A stretch of 64,000 nt of DNA from positions 73,098,001 through 73,162,000 of the forward strand of contig CM097887.1 of NCBI GenBank assembly GCA_044892525.1. Reading direction: 5' to 3'. Every line of letters begins with the position of its first letter. The first letter of the stretch is position 1. The notes under the pieces were generated by a model. It did not search any database. It saw nothing but the letters and a program-made list of their open reading frames with translations, and was not told the DNA's origin. This document shows, piece after piece, positions 51,701-63,606 of the stretch. This DNA comes from Schmidtea polychroa (taxonomy: Eukaryota). The position numbers were made by a program, and so were the translations under genes.

Positions 51701-53872
51701 CAGATTCTTATAACATTCGATACAAAATGCAATTATAAGACTTTTTCTAATTCTACTGTTTTCATCAGATATGTATTTCTGTTTGAAATCTCACAGTTAT
51801 TTATTAAAAGTTGTTATCGCAAAGATGTCGAAGATTGTGTGAAATTCCTCTGAAAAAGAAGAAGTGAAAAAAATCAAATTATAAATGAACCAGAAGATTA
51901 TTTTCCAAACATATTTTGCAATGTAAAATTTGACTTATTTCTTCCTTAATAACTAAAATTCAACAAATTTTGATGACAAATTTTTAATTTATTATTAATT
52001 TATTTTCTCTGACAATTTTATTACCTACTAATTTTACTTTAGATTTGAGAGAAACGAAAAGTAATTATATTCTCATTACGAAAGTCTAAATCACTCAGCA
52101 ATAAAACTAGAAAATCAAGGCTGCATAAACATAAGTTAGAACAGTAGGTAAAATTACTGAGGGTAGTTTGTTGAACATAAATTTTTTTTACAAAATATTT
52201 AATTTGCTCAAAAAGATGTCCCTGCCACATGTACAAGTAATTCATGTTTATTGATAGAAATTTCATAATTTTCTGTTTTTAAAATAGATAAAAATATTTA
52301 AAATACTTCAAACCTTTAGTGAACAACCTTCAAGATCCGCCATTGCAAATTCGACCTGAAATTATATAATAATATGGATGTATTGTTTAAACTTTAAATA
52401 ATTCTTTTTCTAATTATTAAATAAATTTGTATTTTTAAAATCTCATTCTGTCATAACAATCGAAACAAATATATAATTAATTATAATATACTATTTACAA
52501 TTATAAGTGACAGAGAAAGATATCACATACTCAACAACCGAAAGTAAAATAGTTATTTTATTCNNNNNNNNNNNNNNNNNNNNNNNNNNNNNNNNNNNNN
52601 NNNNNNNNNNNNNNNNNNNNNNNNNNNNNNNNNNNNNNNNNNNNNNNNNNNNNNNNNNNNNNNNNNNNNNNNNNNNNNNNNNNNNNNNNNNNNNNNNNNN
52701 NNNNNNNNNNNNNNNNNNNTAAGAAATCATCATTTTAAAATAATAATAATAATAATAATGTTGAGGTTCGCAGAATTTCAACTTGGTATCTTACATAAAT
52801 AAATAAGACGACACTGGTTAGTAAATTTTATTTAATATAACAATTACAAAGATGATTATCTGATAAAATACAAAAATATTACACTTTCAATATGTTATAT
52901 GTGAAAAAGCGTGTGTGTGATTGAATGCGTTTTCTGAGCTCGATTTTTATATTTCTATATTCGATATCAACTATGAAATTCTTCTTGAGCTAAGAAATTT
53001 TTGGGCGAATACACTGAATTTTTATTCGGTATTTATACAAAAATCTAACTGTTTAAATATTTTAATTGATTTTCCTAAATAAACATTTAATTTAAATGCC
53101 TTTGATTTGAATTGATTTAAATTTAAAATACTTTAACTTTTCATAAATTAAATTTTGTTTTCTTTTTCTACGTAAATGAATTCTGAAATTAAATGCTATA
53201 TTTTCAGTATTCAGAAATTATATTTTATTTACCTAAAAATGTGCTTTATTTTTTCGTCAAATAATGTCGTTGATTTTATTTTAAAATTATATTGATTATA
53301 AATTATTTCTTTCGATTGACAATTAGAATGATATCGCATATATATTTATTTATTCATTTTTACTTTCAAAGAATTTACACTCCCTAAAATAAAATTAAAG
53401 CGCATTAACAAATAAAAATAAATCAATCAATAAATTATTTACAAAATTAATCAAACGCAAATCAAATTAATTAGTTGTAATTATTTATATATTATTTTAT
53501 TTGCCGGGGAGTTGGGAATATTTAATTTATGGTGTTACTAAGAAACCAAATATGACCACGAAAAATAATTAAATATAATAACAAAACGACAGATTAAAAT
53601 ATAATGCAAATCAATTATCAAGATCCAAATATTATTGTCAAAGTCAAATATAACATTGCATCCTTGGTAGAGATTAATCACAGCTCATCGGTATTATTGT
53701 CTGGGATTTATATTTATCCTGTACCGATTGTATTCAATTACATAGTACTTCAATTTTAGGACTTAACACTTGCCCATCTTCTAACAAAAGTTATCTTATA
53801 GTAGAAAATTTTTGCATTTGTAATAAATATATTATTTGCAGCAAAAGGCTTAAATTATCAATAATTGTTTAA

Positions 53873-53888
53873 AATAATAATAATAATA

Positions 53889-53942
<54 letters not shown>

Positions 53943-53959
53943 CAATAAATAACAATAAT
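53873..53959. repeat. (AAT)n microsatellite
   Basis: Seen directly in the sequence. Confidence 0.95.
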
Positions 53960-54568
53960 GAAATGATAGTAAATGATACTGGTGAATTTAGAAGTTTCTC
54001 TTAAATATAAAAAGACAAATTCAAACTAATGAAACAAACATTCATATCACATTCAATAATGTTGACAGCGGTGTATGGCTTGAGATCTTCAACTTTGAAT
54101 TCAAAAATCTAAAGACCATTGATGTAAAATTCAAAAAGTAAAAACCAAAGTAACCTTATTATTGTAAAGTATTGTCATAATATCGCCTATTGTCAGACAT
54201 GAATATTGACGCAAACATATTTCGAGCCTGAATGTAAAATATTTTATTGAATATCAACTATAAATATTAATTTACGACTGTTAGAAGCTATAACATTTAA
54301 TTCTTCTGTCATCAAAATAAATTTCTAAGACTATTAAATCCAAAATTATATTTCATTAAATCTGATTATATAAACAAATATTCTTGGGACATTTTCTAAA
54401 TTTTACTTTCAACCAAATATCAACATACCATCGCATTCATACTTGAATTTCAATTTTATTAAAGATTATTTTATTTTAAAATTTCAATTATCATTTCAAT
54501 TTTAATATCTTAAAATAATTTAAGTTTCAATTAAAATTTTACAAATTTTAATCATGAACTAATTTAAT

Positions 54569-57500
54569 TTAGTATTTTAATTTTAACTCCTCACATCCCC
54601 CTTTTTTAAAATGTTTGATCTTCTCAACATTTCTGACTACCATCTTCCCATTTTGATCTTTAAGTAAGTAGCTCCGTTCATGTATTTTCTTTATCACTTT
54701 GTACGGCCCTTCCCACCTTGCATCGTCTTTATTTCGAATTTCTTGTTTGATCAAAACCAAATCTTCCATTTCAAAATCTCTCACTGTTTTGCTTATTTTT
54801 GGTTTTAGTGTTTTATCCTCTATTCTCTTTTCCATATCTTCTCTATTTATTTCTTTATTCGAGTACCATTTCATTCTGTCGATTTTCCTCCCAAATATAA
54901 TCTCTGCTGGGCTTACTCCCGTTGTTTTTTGAACTGTTGCATTTAAAGTATATTCTATTTCTGGCACTATATCAGCCCAGTTTTTCCTTCCTCCTTCATT
55001 CAATGACGCGTTGATATACTCTCTGATTGTTCTGAATTGTCTTTCAATAATACCATTCGTGTTATGGTGATATGGGCTTGAGAAAATTAATTCAATGCCA
55101 GCTGCCTTTGCTAGTTCTTTTATACTTCTTGCTTCAAAGTTCTTCCCACAATCTACATGAAGTTCTTTTGGAGCTCCAAACTTTAATATCCATTTATTTA
55201 ATAACGTCTCACTAATTGTTTTTTCGTCTTGCTTGTTTATGGCCGTTAATGAGATGTATTTACTATAGTGGTCAATGATTCCGCAAATATATTTCTTTTT
55301 GTTGGACGTTTCTTTCAATGGCCCACATATATCCATATATATCTTCTCGAATGGTTCTGTACTCTTTATTGTTTGAGTTTTCTCCTTTGTCTTGGTTGTT
55401 ATCGTTTTCATTTTCTGACATCTTTCGCAGTTCTCAATTACCTTTTTTACTTCCGTTGCTAAATTTTCCATGTCGCAGTTATTCTGGATATATTTCGTTA
55501 CTTTCTGTGCACCTGCATGGCACAGCAATACGTGTACTTCTTTTATCATCCTCTGTCTATTATCTGACGGTATCCATATTTTACCTTGCTTAGTTAGTAC
55601 CGTGTTGTTTTCCATTATGAACTTACAATCTTTATTTTCTAACTTATTCTTTATTTCTTGGACCTCCATATTGTCATTTTGCCACTTGTTATATCCGCCT
55701 TCTGCTGTTACTGTTAATATTCTGGTTTTAATTTTGCCGGTTTTTGGGTCTTCGTGTTCCATCATACACTGTACACATGTTCCGCATGTTTTCCTGGATA
55801 GCATATCCGCGTTTGTATGGCTTGTTCCTTTCCTGTATTCCATTTTAATATCCAGGCTGCTTAAATAGTTGATCCATGTCTGGAATTGAGCAGTAATTGG
55901 TTTCTTCGTTGTTACCATAAACGTAATAGCTTTATGGTCCGTTCTCAGTACGAATCTCTTACCATATAAGTAATGGTTGAAATGTTTACAAAAATAGTAT
56001 ATTGTCAATAATTCTTTTCTGGTAATGCAGTATCCTTTTTCGTGGCTGCTCATCGCATGTGAACCATATGCAATGACATGTTCATGTCCTTTTTCATCCT
56101 TTTGCGAAAGAACTGCTCCAATAGTATCGAAGCTCGCGTCTGTGTCTAATATAAATTCTTTTCTGAAATCTGGAAATACCAATACTGGAGCGGTTATCAA
56201 TGCTTCTTTCATTTCTCCGAAAGCCTTTTCACACATCTCTGTCCATCTTATTTTCTCATTGTTTTTTCCGCATATGCTTTCTAGTGCTCTTGCCTTCTTT
56301 GCATAGTCTTTTATGAACCGTCGATAATAGTTACAGATACCCAGAAAGCTCTTCAGATTCTTTACACATTTTGGCTTTTGAAATGATTGTATTGCTTCTA
56401 TCTTAGTATTATCTGTTTGTATGCCGTCTTTATTTATTATGTGTCCCAGAAACTTCACTTCTTTTCTAAATATTTGACATTTTTCGGGATTCAATCTTAG
56501 TCCTGCTGTTGCGATCTTCCCTAGAACTTTTCCAAATATGTTATAATGGTCTTCTTCTGTCTTTGTGAATATTAGGATGTCGTCTAAATATACCATCACT
56601 CCATCTTTCCACAAATCTTTCAATACTTTCGTCATTAATTCTTGAAATGTTCCTGGTGCCGCTGCAATGCCGAACGGCATCCTGTTGAAACAGAACTGTC
56701 CTTCTTTTGTTGAGAATGCTGTTTTCTCTTGAGATTCTTTATCTAACTTCACTTGGTAATAAGCATTTCCCAAGTCGATTGAGCTAAAATATCTGGATCC
56801 GTGTAGGATGTCTAAAATTTCATCTACATTTGGCATTGGAAATGCTTGTCTTTCTGTTATCTTGTTTAATTGTCTGAAGTCTAGACAAAGCCTGATGTCT
56901 TTTTTCTCTTTCTTCCATACACAAACTAAAGGTGTGTTCCATGGTGAATTACACTTCCTAATTATTCCGTTGTTTTCTAGATTTTTTATTGCTTCCTCAA
57001 TCTTGTCTTCCAAATTTATTGGCTGACGTCTCGGTTTAATCATTATTGGCTCTCCTTTCGTGATGATCTTATGTTTTATCAGATTGGTACACCCAACGTC
57101 CCATTTATCTGCCATAAAAACATTCTTGTTTGCCTGAAATATTTCTAACAGTCTCTTATTTCCGGTAACCTTTAAAACGTCGATGGCATGACGTAATCTT
57201 TCTTCATCTGTTATAATCCGCCCAAATCTAGCTTCTATTTCGCAAATGAAATCACTACGTTTTTCATGTTCTTCTAGTATACATTTCAATTCTATACCAA
57301 ATAACCTTTGTAGTTCTACTCCTCCAATAATTTCTGGTATTAAATTCTTTACTATAATGAATGTTACATTTCTTTCAATACTGCCCATTTTAACATTGAT
57401 GTTTATTTTACCCATAGTTTCTAATCTACTGTTGTTTGCACATCTTAGCGATTCCCTTGTTTCTAATATTTCGATATTTTCTAATCGATCAATTACCGAT

Positions 57501-57592
57501 TTAGCCATCACATTAATTCGCGCTCCTGTATCCAATAAACAATCTACTTTCCGCCCTTGGATATCCAGTGTTGTACTCGGTCTACCTTGCAT
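54569..57592 (-). CDS. pol: Pol (copy B), 1007 aa, uninterrupted
   Basis: Same motifs as copy A; three amino-acid differences (EET/EKT, TFN/TSN, GES/GVS). Confidence 0.97.
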   Translation of the reverse strand: MQGRPSTTLDIQGRKVDCLLDTGARINVMAKSVIDRLENIEILETRESLRCANNSRLETMGKININVKMGSIERNVTFIIVKNLIPEIIGGVELQRLFGIELKCILEEHEKRSDFICEIEARFGRIITDEERLRHAIDVLKVTGNKRLLEIFQANKNVFMADKWDVGCTNLIKHKIITKGEPIMIKPRRQPINLEDKIEEAIKNLENNGIIRKCNSPWNTPLVCVWKKEKKDIRLCLDFRQLNKITERQAFPMPNVDEILDILHGSRYFSSIDLGNAYYQVKLDKESQEKTAFSTKEGQFCFNRMPFGIAAAPGTFQELMTKVLKDLWKDGVMVYLDDILIFTKTEEDHYNIFGKVLGKIATAGLRLNPEKCQIFRKEVKFLGHIINKDGIQTDNTKIEAIQSFQKPKCVKNLKSFLGICNYYRRFIKDYAKKARALESICGKNNEKIRWTEMCEKAFGEMKEALITAPVLVFPDFRKEFILDTDASFDTIGAVLSQKDEKGHEHVIAYGSHAMSSHEKGYCITRKELLTIYYFCKHFNHYLYGKRFVLRTDHKAITFMVTTKKPITAQFQTWINYLSSLDIKMEYRKGTSHTNADMLSRKTCGTCVQCMMEHEDPKTGKIKTRILTVTAEGGYNKWQNDNMEVQEIKNKLENKDCKFIMENNTVLTKQGKIWIPSDNRQRMIKEVHVLLCHAGAQKVTKYIQNNCDMENLATEVKKVIENCERCQKMKTITTKTKEKTQTIKSTEPFEKIYMDICGPLKETSNKKKYICGIIDHYSKYISLTAINKQDEKTISETLLNKWILKFGAPKELHVDCGKNFEARSIKELAKAAGIELIFSSPYHHNTNGIIERQFRTIREYINASLNEGGRKNWADIVPEIEYTLNATVQKTTGVSPAEIIFGRKIDRMKWYSNKEINREDMEKRIEDKTLKPKISKTVRDFEMEDLVLIKQEIRNKDDARWEGPYKVIKKIHERSYLLKDQNGKMVVRNVEKIKHFKKGGCEELKLKY

Positions 57593-57934
57593 TATATTAT
57601 GTTATTACTGGACTTTTTTGTTCTTCTACTGACAAAATATTCTGCTCTCTAGTATCTTCTACAATTTCATTAATACACACGTCTCCATTTTTCTTGAGGA
57701 ATTTGTAAATTTTCTCTATAGTTCTTTCCTCGTGTTTTACTAATTCATTTACTTTACACTCCTCTTTAAATTTTTTCTGAATTTCCTTATCATTCGACTT
57801 TTTGATTTCTACACTACTATTATTATTAATATCACGTTCAAAAACACTACAATCTTTATCAATCATACAATCATCATACATACTTAAATTACACATACCG
57901 TTAGCATTCATTCTTTGGTTGAAATCAATATTAC

Positions 57935-59053
57935 TTAGTAAATTGCTCCGATCAATGTCCCGTTTGACGGAGCGTGCTCGTTTGGGTCATTCTCCCTGTT
58001 ATACTCGTCTGGCTGGCTTGACTGTTTTGTATTCATCATCTCATCATCAGACTCGATAGCTGCAATATCTTTTCTGTTATATTGTTGGTTTCCCCATTGT
58101 CTTTGATGTACATTCCTTGATTGATACATATCTTCCCTTTGTTGATAGGTATTTCTTTGAATTCTTCCTCCTGACATCTTCCTTTGGTCTCGATCTCTTC
58201 CTTGATTTCGTCTTTCCATATTTGTGTAGCACTCTCTTTCTTTGTGTCCTCGTGCATTGCATCTATGACATTTGATTGTTGGGCATTCTCTTCGTATGTG
58301 ACCTTCAACACCACATGCATAACATTGAAATCTTCTTTTTATATTACATTCTCTGCTACTGTGTCCCGGTTTTCGACACGTCCAGCATTCTATCACTTTA
58401 ATTCTTGTCTCTGGTTTCCATTCGTTGATTTTTCTCTTCGTGGCTTCAACTTGTACTACATCTCTATAAGTTCTTCCCCCAGCTGTAGGTCGTATTGATC
58501 TCACCGTGTTTACTTGTTCAATAACCTTGTTAACTTTTTCTATCTTCTTTATAGTTTCTTTAATTTGTTCCGCCGTTTTGAGATCTTTCATTTCGATTTC
58601 TTTCCTGACTTCTTTATCTTTTACACAATGTGTCAATAAACATTTCTGAATTTCTTCATCATTCCAAGTGTGTGAGGCCAATTTTTTAGTCATTTTTGAT
58701 ATTTTCTCTATAAATATTTCCGCTGATTCGTTACCTTGCTCGTAGTTCAAGGCTTCTCTTAAGTCATCAATCAATGACGTTGGTCGATGAAAAGCTGCTC
58801 TTAATTTCTGTTCAACGGTTTTACCTTCTGCGGTTTCATATTCTTCAATCAAAGTCCTGTCCAGAAGTGTAATAACTAGTACCATTTGTGTCTTCACTGG
58901 TATCTTCGTTATTTCAAAGAACCTCTGACATTCTTTGATAAATAATTCGAGGTCATCTCCTCTGTGGAATTTTTCTGGAAGTAATCTTCCAATAAGCAGA
59001 TCCGTTGGAATGGTCGCCATGTTAGAAGCTATAACATTTAATTCTTCTGTCAT
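57935..59053 (-). CDS. gag: Gag (copy B)
   Basis: Three CCHC knuckles; clustered substitutions relative to copy A. Confidence 0.92.
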   Translation of the reverse strand: MTEELNVIASNMATIPTDLLIGRLLPEKFHRGDDLELFIKECQRFFEITKIPVKTQMVLVITLLDRTLIEEYETAEGKTVEQKLRAAFHRPTSLIDDLREALNYEQGNESAEIFIEKISKMTKKLASHTWNDEEIQKCLLTHCVKDKEVRKEIEMKDLKTAEQIKETIKKIEKVNKVIEQVNTVRSIRPTAGGRTYRDVVQVEATKRKINEWKPETRIKVIECWTCRKPGHSSRECNIKRRFQCYACGVEGHIRRECPTIKCHRCNARGHKERECYTNMERRNQGRDRDQRKMSGGRIQRNTYQQREDMYQSRNVHQRQWGNQQYNRKDIAAIESDDEMMNTKQSSQPDEYNRENDPNEHAPSNGTLIGAIY

Positions 59054-59336
59054 CAAAATAAATTACTAAGACTATTAAATCCAAAATTATATTTCATTAA
59101 ATCTGATTATATAAACAAATATTCTTGGGACATTTTCTAAATTTTAATTTCAACCAAATATCAACATACCATCGCATTCATACTTGAATTTCAATTTTAT
59201 TAAAGATTATTTTATTTTAAAATTTCAATTATCATTTCAATTTTAATATCTTAAAATAATTTAAGTTTCAATTAAAATTTTACAAATTTTAATCATGAAC
59301 TAATTTAATTTAGTATTTTAATTTTAACTCCTCACA

Positions 59337-60509
59337 ACTACAATGAGAATTATAGTACAACTTTGCGATTTCGGAAAAGGGTAGATTAAATCATAGATTA
59401 AATCAAAAATATAGTGACAATAACCAGAAAAACATACACCTAGATTAGCATTAAAATGTGGTTATAAAGAATTGAAAGTACAAAGGAGTATTTCAAATGA
59501 AACAATTAATAATATAAATAACAAGTATTGTATATATATATATATTGTATGTAATAAATTGATTCCAGTTAAATAAATACAAAATAAAAGTTTCGAATTT
59601 TCCAATGAAAATAAAAACTAGAAACTCAAGATCATGTTTGTGGAATTAATTATAAATTCAAAATTAGATTTTCCCTGTTATTATTTTTAACATTCCCAGA
59701 TCAACAGTGGATCAAATTTGCTACGTATTTTACCGTAATTGATTTGTGCATGGTTTATAGAGATTTTCCAGACAATCTCTGGTGAAATTCCTCTACTATT
59801 GTATAACCCCGGCAACCACAATAGAATCATCAATAATTGATATCTATTTCTCGTATATAAAGTGAAAAATTTTCAGTCCAAAAAATGTTTGTTTGCTAAA
59901 TTTAAATATTTTCAAAATTTATTAATTAATTTGAAAAAAGAAATAAATAAAACTCCCATTAAATAAAATTTTGGGAAAGAAGTGTACAAAAAAGGCTTAT
60001 GTGTGAGAATAGAAAGGTAGAAGAAGTTTTATATGAATTTCTAACTTTAATCAACAAGTAATAAATAAATACAGAGCAGTTTTACATAATTAATCAAACT
60101 GTACTAAATCATAAAATAATTCCATCAAAAACAAAAGGGCCAAAGAGAAATGCAAGGCACTAATCAAAAAGATATCAGGGAAAGACAGCGCCGTGCTGTA
60201 ACTTTTGGGGGTCCTGTGCAGAAACTAAAAAAATTTTTTTGAAGCAAAAAACAACTGAATTATTAGGTATATTTGTTTCAAATTAAACGAATTTTGAATT
60301 TTCAAATTTTTTTTTCTTTCAATTCGTTGTAATTTATGGTATTGGAGAAGTTTTTCTAATGTATTTAATATTTGGGGCCCCTCAAAAATAGGGGGCCCAG
60401 TGCGATTGCACTTGTTGCACTTGCGATAGTACGGCGCTGGGGAAAGAATCATACTAGCGACTAGTAACAATTCAAGCACTCTCGTACTCAAGTACCCACC
60501 AAGAATTTT
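59337..60509 (-). repeat. Inverted duplicate of the copy A upstream flank (35615-36787), including the hAT MITE at 60186-60439
   Basis: Reverse complement matches throughout with no indel; one substitution seen (ttactacga versus ttacaacga). Confidence 0.95.
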
Positions 60510-61876
60510 CACAACGACATTGACAATTTTATGCAGAAACTGAATAGCGATTAATTCGCCAAGTTAAGAGACCTGACAAAAGTGAAGAACTTCATGAGGC
60601 AAAAAACTAACAGAAAATTAATTATGTTATATAAAAACATTAAGTCATTTCAACAGATTACACTGGTGGCAAAAAATCGGTTTTCGCAGAAAATTTTAAT
60701 TATTGTTTATGAATCTAACTCAAAATTTTCGATTTATTGTCTAATTTCATAAACCAAAAAAAATTGGTTCCAAATTTTTTTTAGTTTGCACCCTTAAAGC
60801 ATTCTTTAAAATTTAGCACTGGTATTAATTAATTTTTTAAATTTATAATCTTTTCTCCTGTATATGAAAACATTCTGGCACAAATATCTGAATAGGGAAA
60901 CTCAACTTACTTTATAAAGATGGACAAATATAAATTTAAAATACCTTGTTTATTTTTATTATTTTTTAAAAATATTTTTTAACAGACAATAAAAATGAAT
61001 TTATTAATTAATTTTTTCTGTATTTCTATATTAATAATACTTATTTAATGTCAAAGAACCAGATTTATTGTCAATTTTATTAATGACACATTTGTTATTA
61101 GTCAGTTTATTGTATATTAATACCTTTATTTATTGTCATTAAAGCCCTTATGCTTTGATGTAATACCGGGGATATCTCCTTCTTTGATTTTTTTTGTATT
61201 ATAAATGTTTTGTTTGTGTTATTGCTTGAATTTTATCATTAGAAATTGTTATAGAAATTTTTAATAAAATTTATTCCATTTACCAATAAGAAAATTTAAC
61301 ATGTTCAAAGTGACGTGGGTCATCAGTACCATATTGAAAGTTTGCAAGATTTGTAAACGCAGTAAATGTATTAAATTTGAAGCTTAAAAATCAATAATTG
61401 ATATGATAAAATTTCCTACATTTGGAAGACAATTGAAATTTTGAGTAAGAAAAGAAAGTTATTTATCAAGAAATAATTATAAAATGGATAAAATATAGAG
61501 AATTTTTAATAAATAATGAAATGTTTATTTTAAAAATGTTTTACTAAATTTTTATAAATATATGCAGTTTTAATCACAGTTCTATTTGATGATATTGATA
61601 TTAATATCTTAATTTGTTTGAATAGTGTTGATTGATGATAATACGTAAATTCGTGTTTTGAAATGATTTTTTATGAATTCAGATTTTATTAATTGCGAAG
61701 TTATTGCAACTGACAAATATAATATAAATAAAGTTTCAAAATTATAGAATAAATACCTAATTCAAAACTTATTTCATTACTATAAGAAGCATTCCTCTTT
61801 TTATTTCACTGGTTTAAATAATTATAACAATTGAAAAATATATATACTTTATTTAATAATTAACATCATATCTTAC

Positions 61877-62007
61877 ACAACAATAGGCTCGGTTATATTT
61901 TTGAATTCTGGACTAAGTGGTTTTAATCTGGCATAGGTTCCCACTGGTAAATAGGACAACTCAATTTTTATTTCATCATTAATAGAAATGTTCAAATGCT
62001 TCATAAC
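61877..62007 (-). CDS. UFD1-like exon; neighbouring exons do not join in frame (possible pseudogene or homopolymer error)
   Basis: cttcag|VMKHLNISINDEIKIELSYLPVGTYARLKPLSPEFKNITEPIVV|gtaag resembles the UFD1 segment MMQNL...V.V....L.[23 protein letters not shown]. Confidence 0.55.
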
Positions 62008-62875
62008 CTGAAGAAGTCATAAATAAATCCAAATGCTATTATAAGAGAATCCGATAGAAAATCCATTAATATAATTTAAAAGATTTTGAATGTCTTGACA
62101 CCTTTTTTTAAATAGATATAAAAATTCATTTTCCAATATTTTTAGAGTTTCAATAACATTCATTCTTACGTCATTAAATTTATATATTTTATTTGAGTCC
62201 ATTACAAAATTTTTAAAATCAAAAACAGAAATTTCCTTAAGTTACATATTTTTAAAAAAGGCCAAAAATTAATTTGTTTATAATACAAAATTAAAACAAA
62301 GTAATTTATTTTTTAATTTTCAAAAAAATTTGTTTAATTAAAAATTGAACCAAATTAAATAAATATTCTTCATTAATTATTTCTCAAGATTACATGTTGC
62401 GGTTGGGTATGATAAAATGGTAAACGTAAGGGGCTAAGATTTACTAAATAATAAAAATCTGTTTTATTAGACAGAAAACAAGTGTTAATAAACAAGCAAA
62501 TAATAAACAATGTCATAATTTGAGGACATTCAAAATTAATCAGTCAAATATGCAGGTATATGTAGGAGTAATATCCAGGAGTAATATTCAGAAGTAGATA
62601 AAAGTAAGCTATCTAAATCAGACTCAGACTCAACCCTCAGCGATTTTAATTTTTTAACTTTAATATCAATAAAATTGTTTTTATTTGATAACATAGTTTT
62701 TTTATATGAGAAAAGCAGTAAATTATTAAATTAAATTTTATATGTTGAAATTTAAATAAATATTATATTATTTGAATTATAATTTTAAAAGAATGAAATG
62801 TTTTTATTAAAAAATTTTTTATATATATTATTAATAATTAATACAATTAATAAATTTGTTTAAAAATCTTTATCC

Positions 62876-62914
62876 TACCTGATGATGACAAGAAAACTGT
62901 TGAAATATATCGTG
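62876..62914 (+). ncRNA. Minimal type I hammerhead ribozyme motif, weakened stem II
   Basis: UAC-CUGAUGA-U-GACAA gaaaa CUGUU-GAA-AUAUAU-C^GUG; palindromic stem III. Confidence 0.6.
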
Positions 62915-63010
62915 AAAAGAATGTTTGATTGGCGCTTTCTTATAATTTATATAAAATATTTAAATATTTAAAAAGTAACAATTAATTTAATAATAATAAA
63001 AAAAAAGTAA

Positions 63011-63418
63011 GTGAAGATAAGAAAGCAGTTAGGGAATTTAAACTATAGGATAGTGTCAACTTCATGGAAAGTACGCAATATGTTTATTAATAAGTCAAAA
63101 ACTCCGGTTGAATTGTGTTCCGATCTCGTTTATCAGTTTGCATGTAATGGGTGTAATGGCACATACATTGGAGAGACTTCCCGTCATCTCTGTATTCGAG
63201 CTCGAGAACATTGTAGACCGAAGGCTTTGACCCATATTGGTGAGCACAATAAGGGCTGTAAGATTAAAATAGGTATGTCTGATTTTAAAATTTTATTAAA
63301 AAATTTCGATAATTATTGGGAACGTGTGATTTGTGAGGCGTTGTTGATAAAATCATTGAATCCGAAAATTAATGTGCAGAATGCAGTAAATGCTTGTGTG
63401 TTGAGTGTTTTTAAATAA
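63011..63418 (+). CDS. GIY-YIG endonuclease of Penelope type, no RT domain; first ATG at 63080
   Basis: LVYQFACNGCNGTYIGETSRHLCIRAREH...RVICEALLIKSLNPKIN. Confidence 0.8.
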   Translation: MKIRKQLGNLNYRIVSTSWKVRNMFINKSKTPVELCSDLVYQFACNGCNGTYIGETSRHLCIRAREHCRPKALTHIGEHNKGCKIKIGMSDFKILLKNFDNYWERVICEALLIKSLNPKINVQNAVNACVLSVFK

Positions 63419-63606
63419 GCTTCTGTGTATTGTATGTATTGATTGTTGTGTTAAATTAAATAATTAATAAAAATTTTTTAAATTATTAAATTAAATTTTA
63501 AATGTTAAAATTTTCAAAAAATAATATATTTTTTATAAAATGAAAAAATTTTTTTATATATAATTAAATTTGTTTAAAATCCTTAATTTAATGAGTTATT
63601 ATATCC

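Larger units (their letters stand above)
54279..59336 (-). mobile_element. Intact Ty3/gypsy LTR retrotransposon, copy B (core; the extended unit runs to 60513)
   Basis: Colinear reverse complement of copy A (position B = 96124 - position A). LTRs at 54279-54595 and 59020-59336 differ at 2 sites. Confidence 0.96.

Noticed and set aside
51760-52400. Possible spliced minus-strand gene (MADLEGCSLK|KIMKFL...)
   Set aside because: No recognisable motif; downstream frames close; adjacent to a gap.
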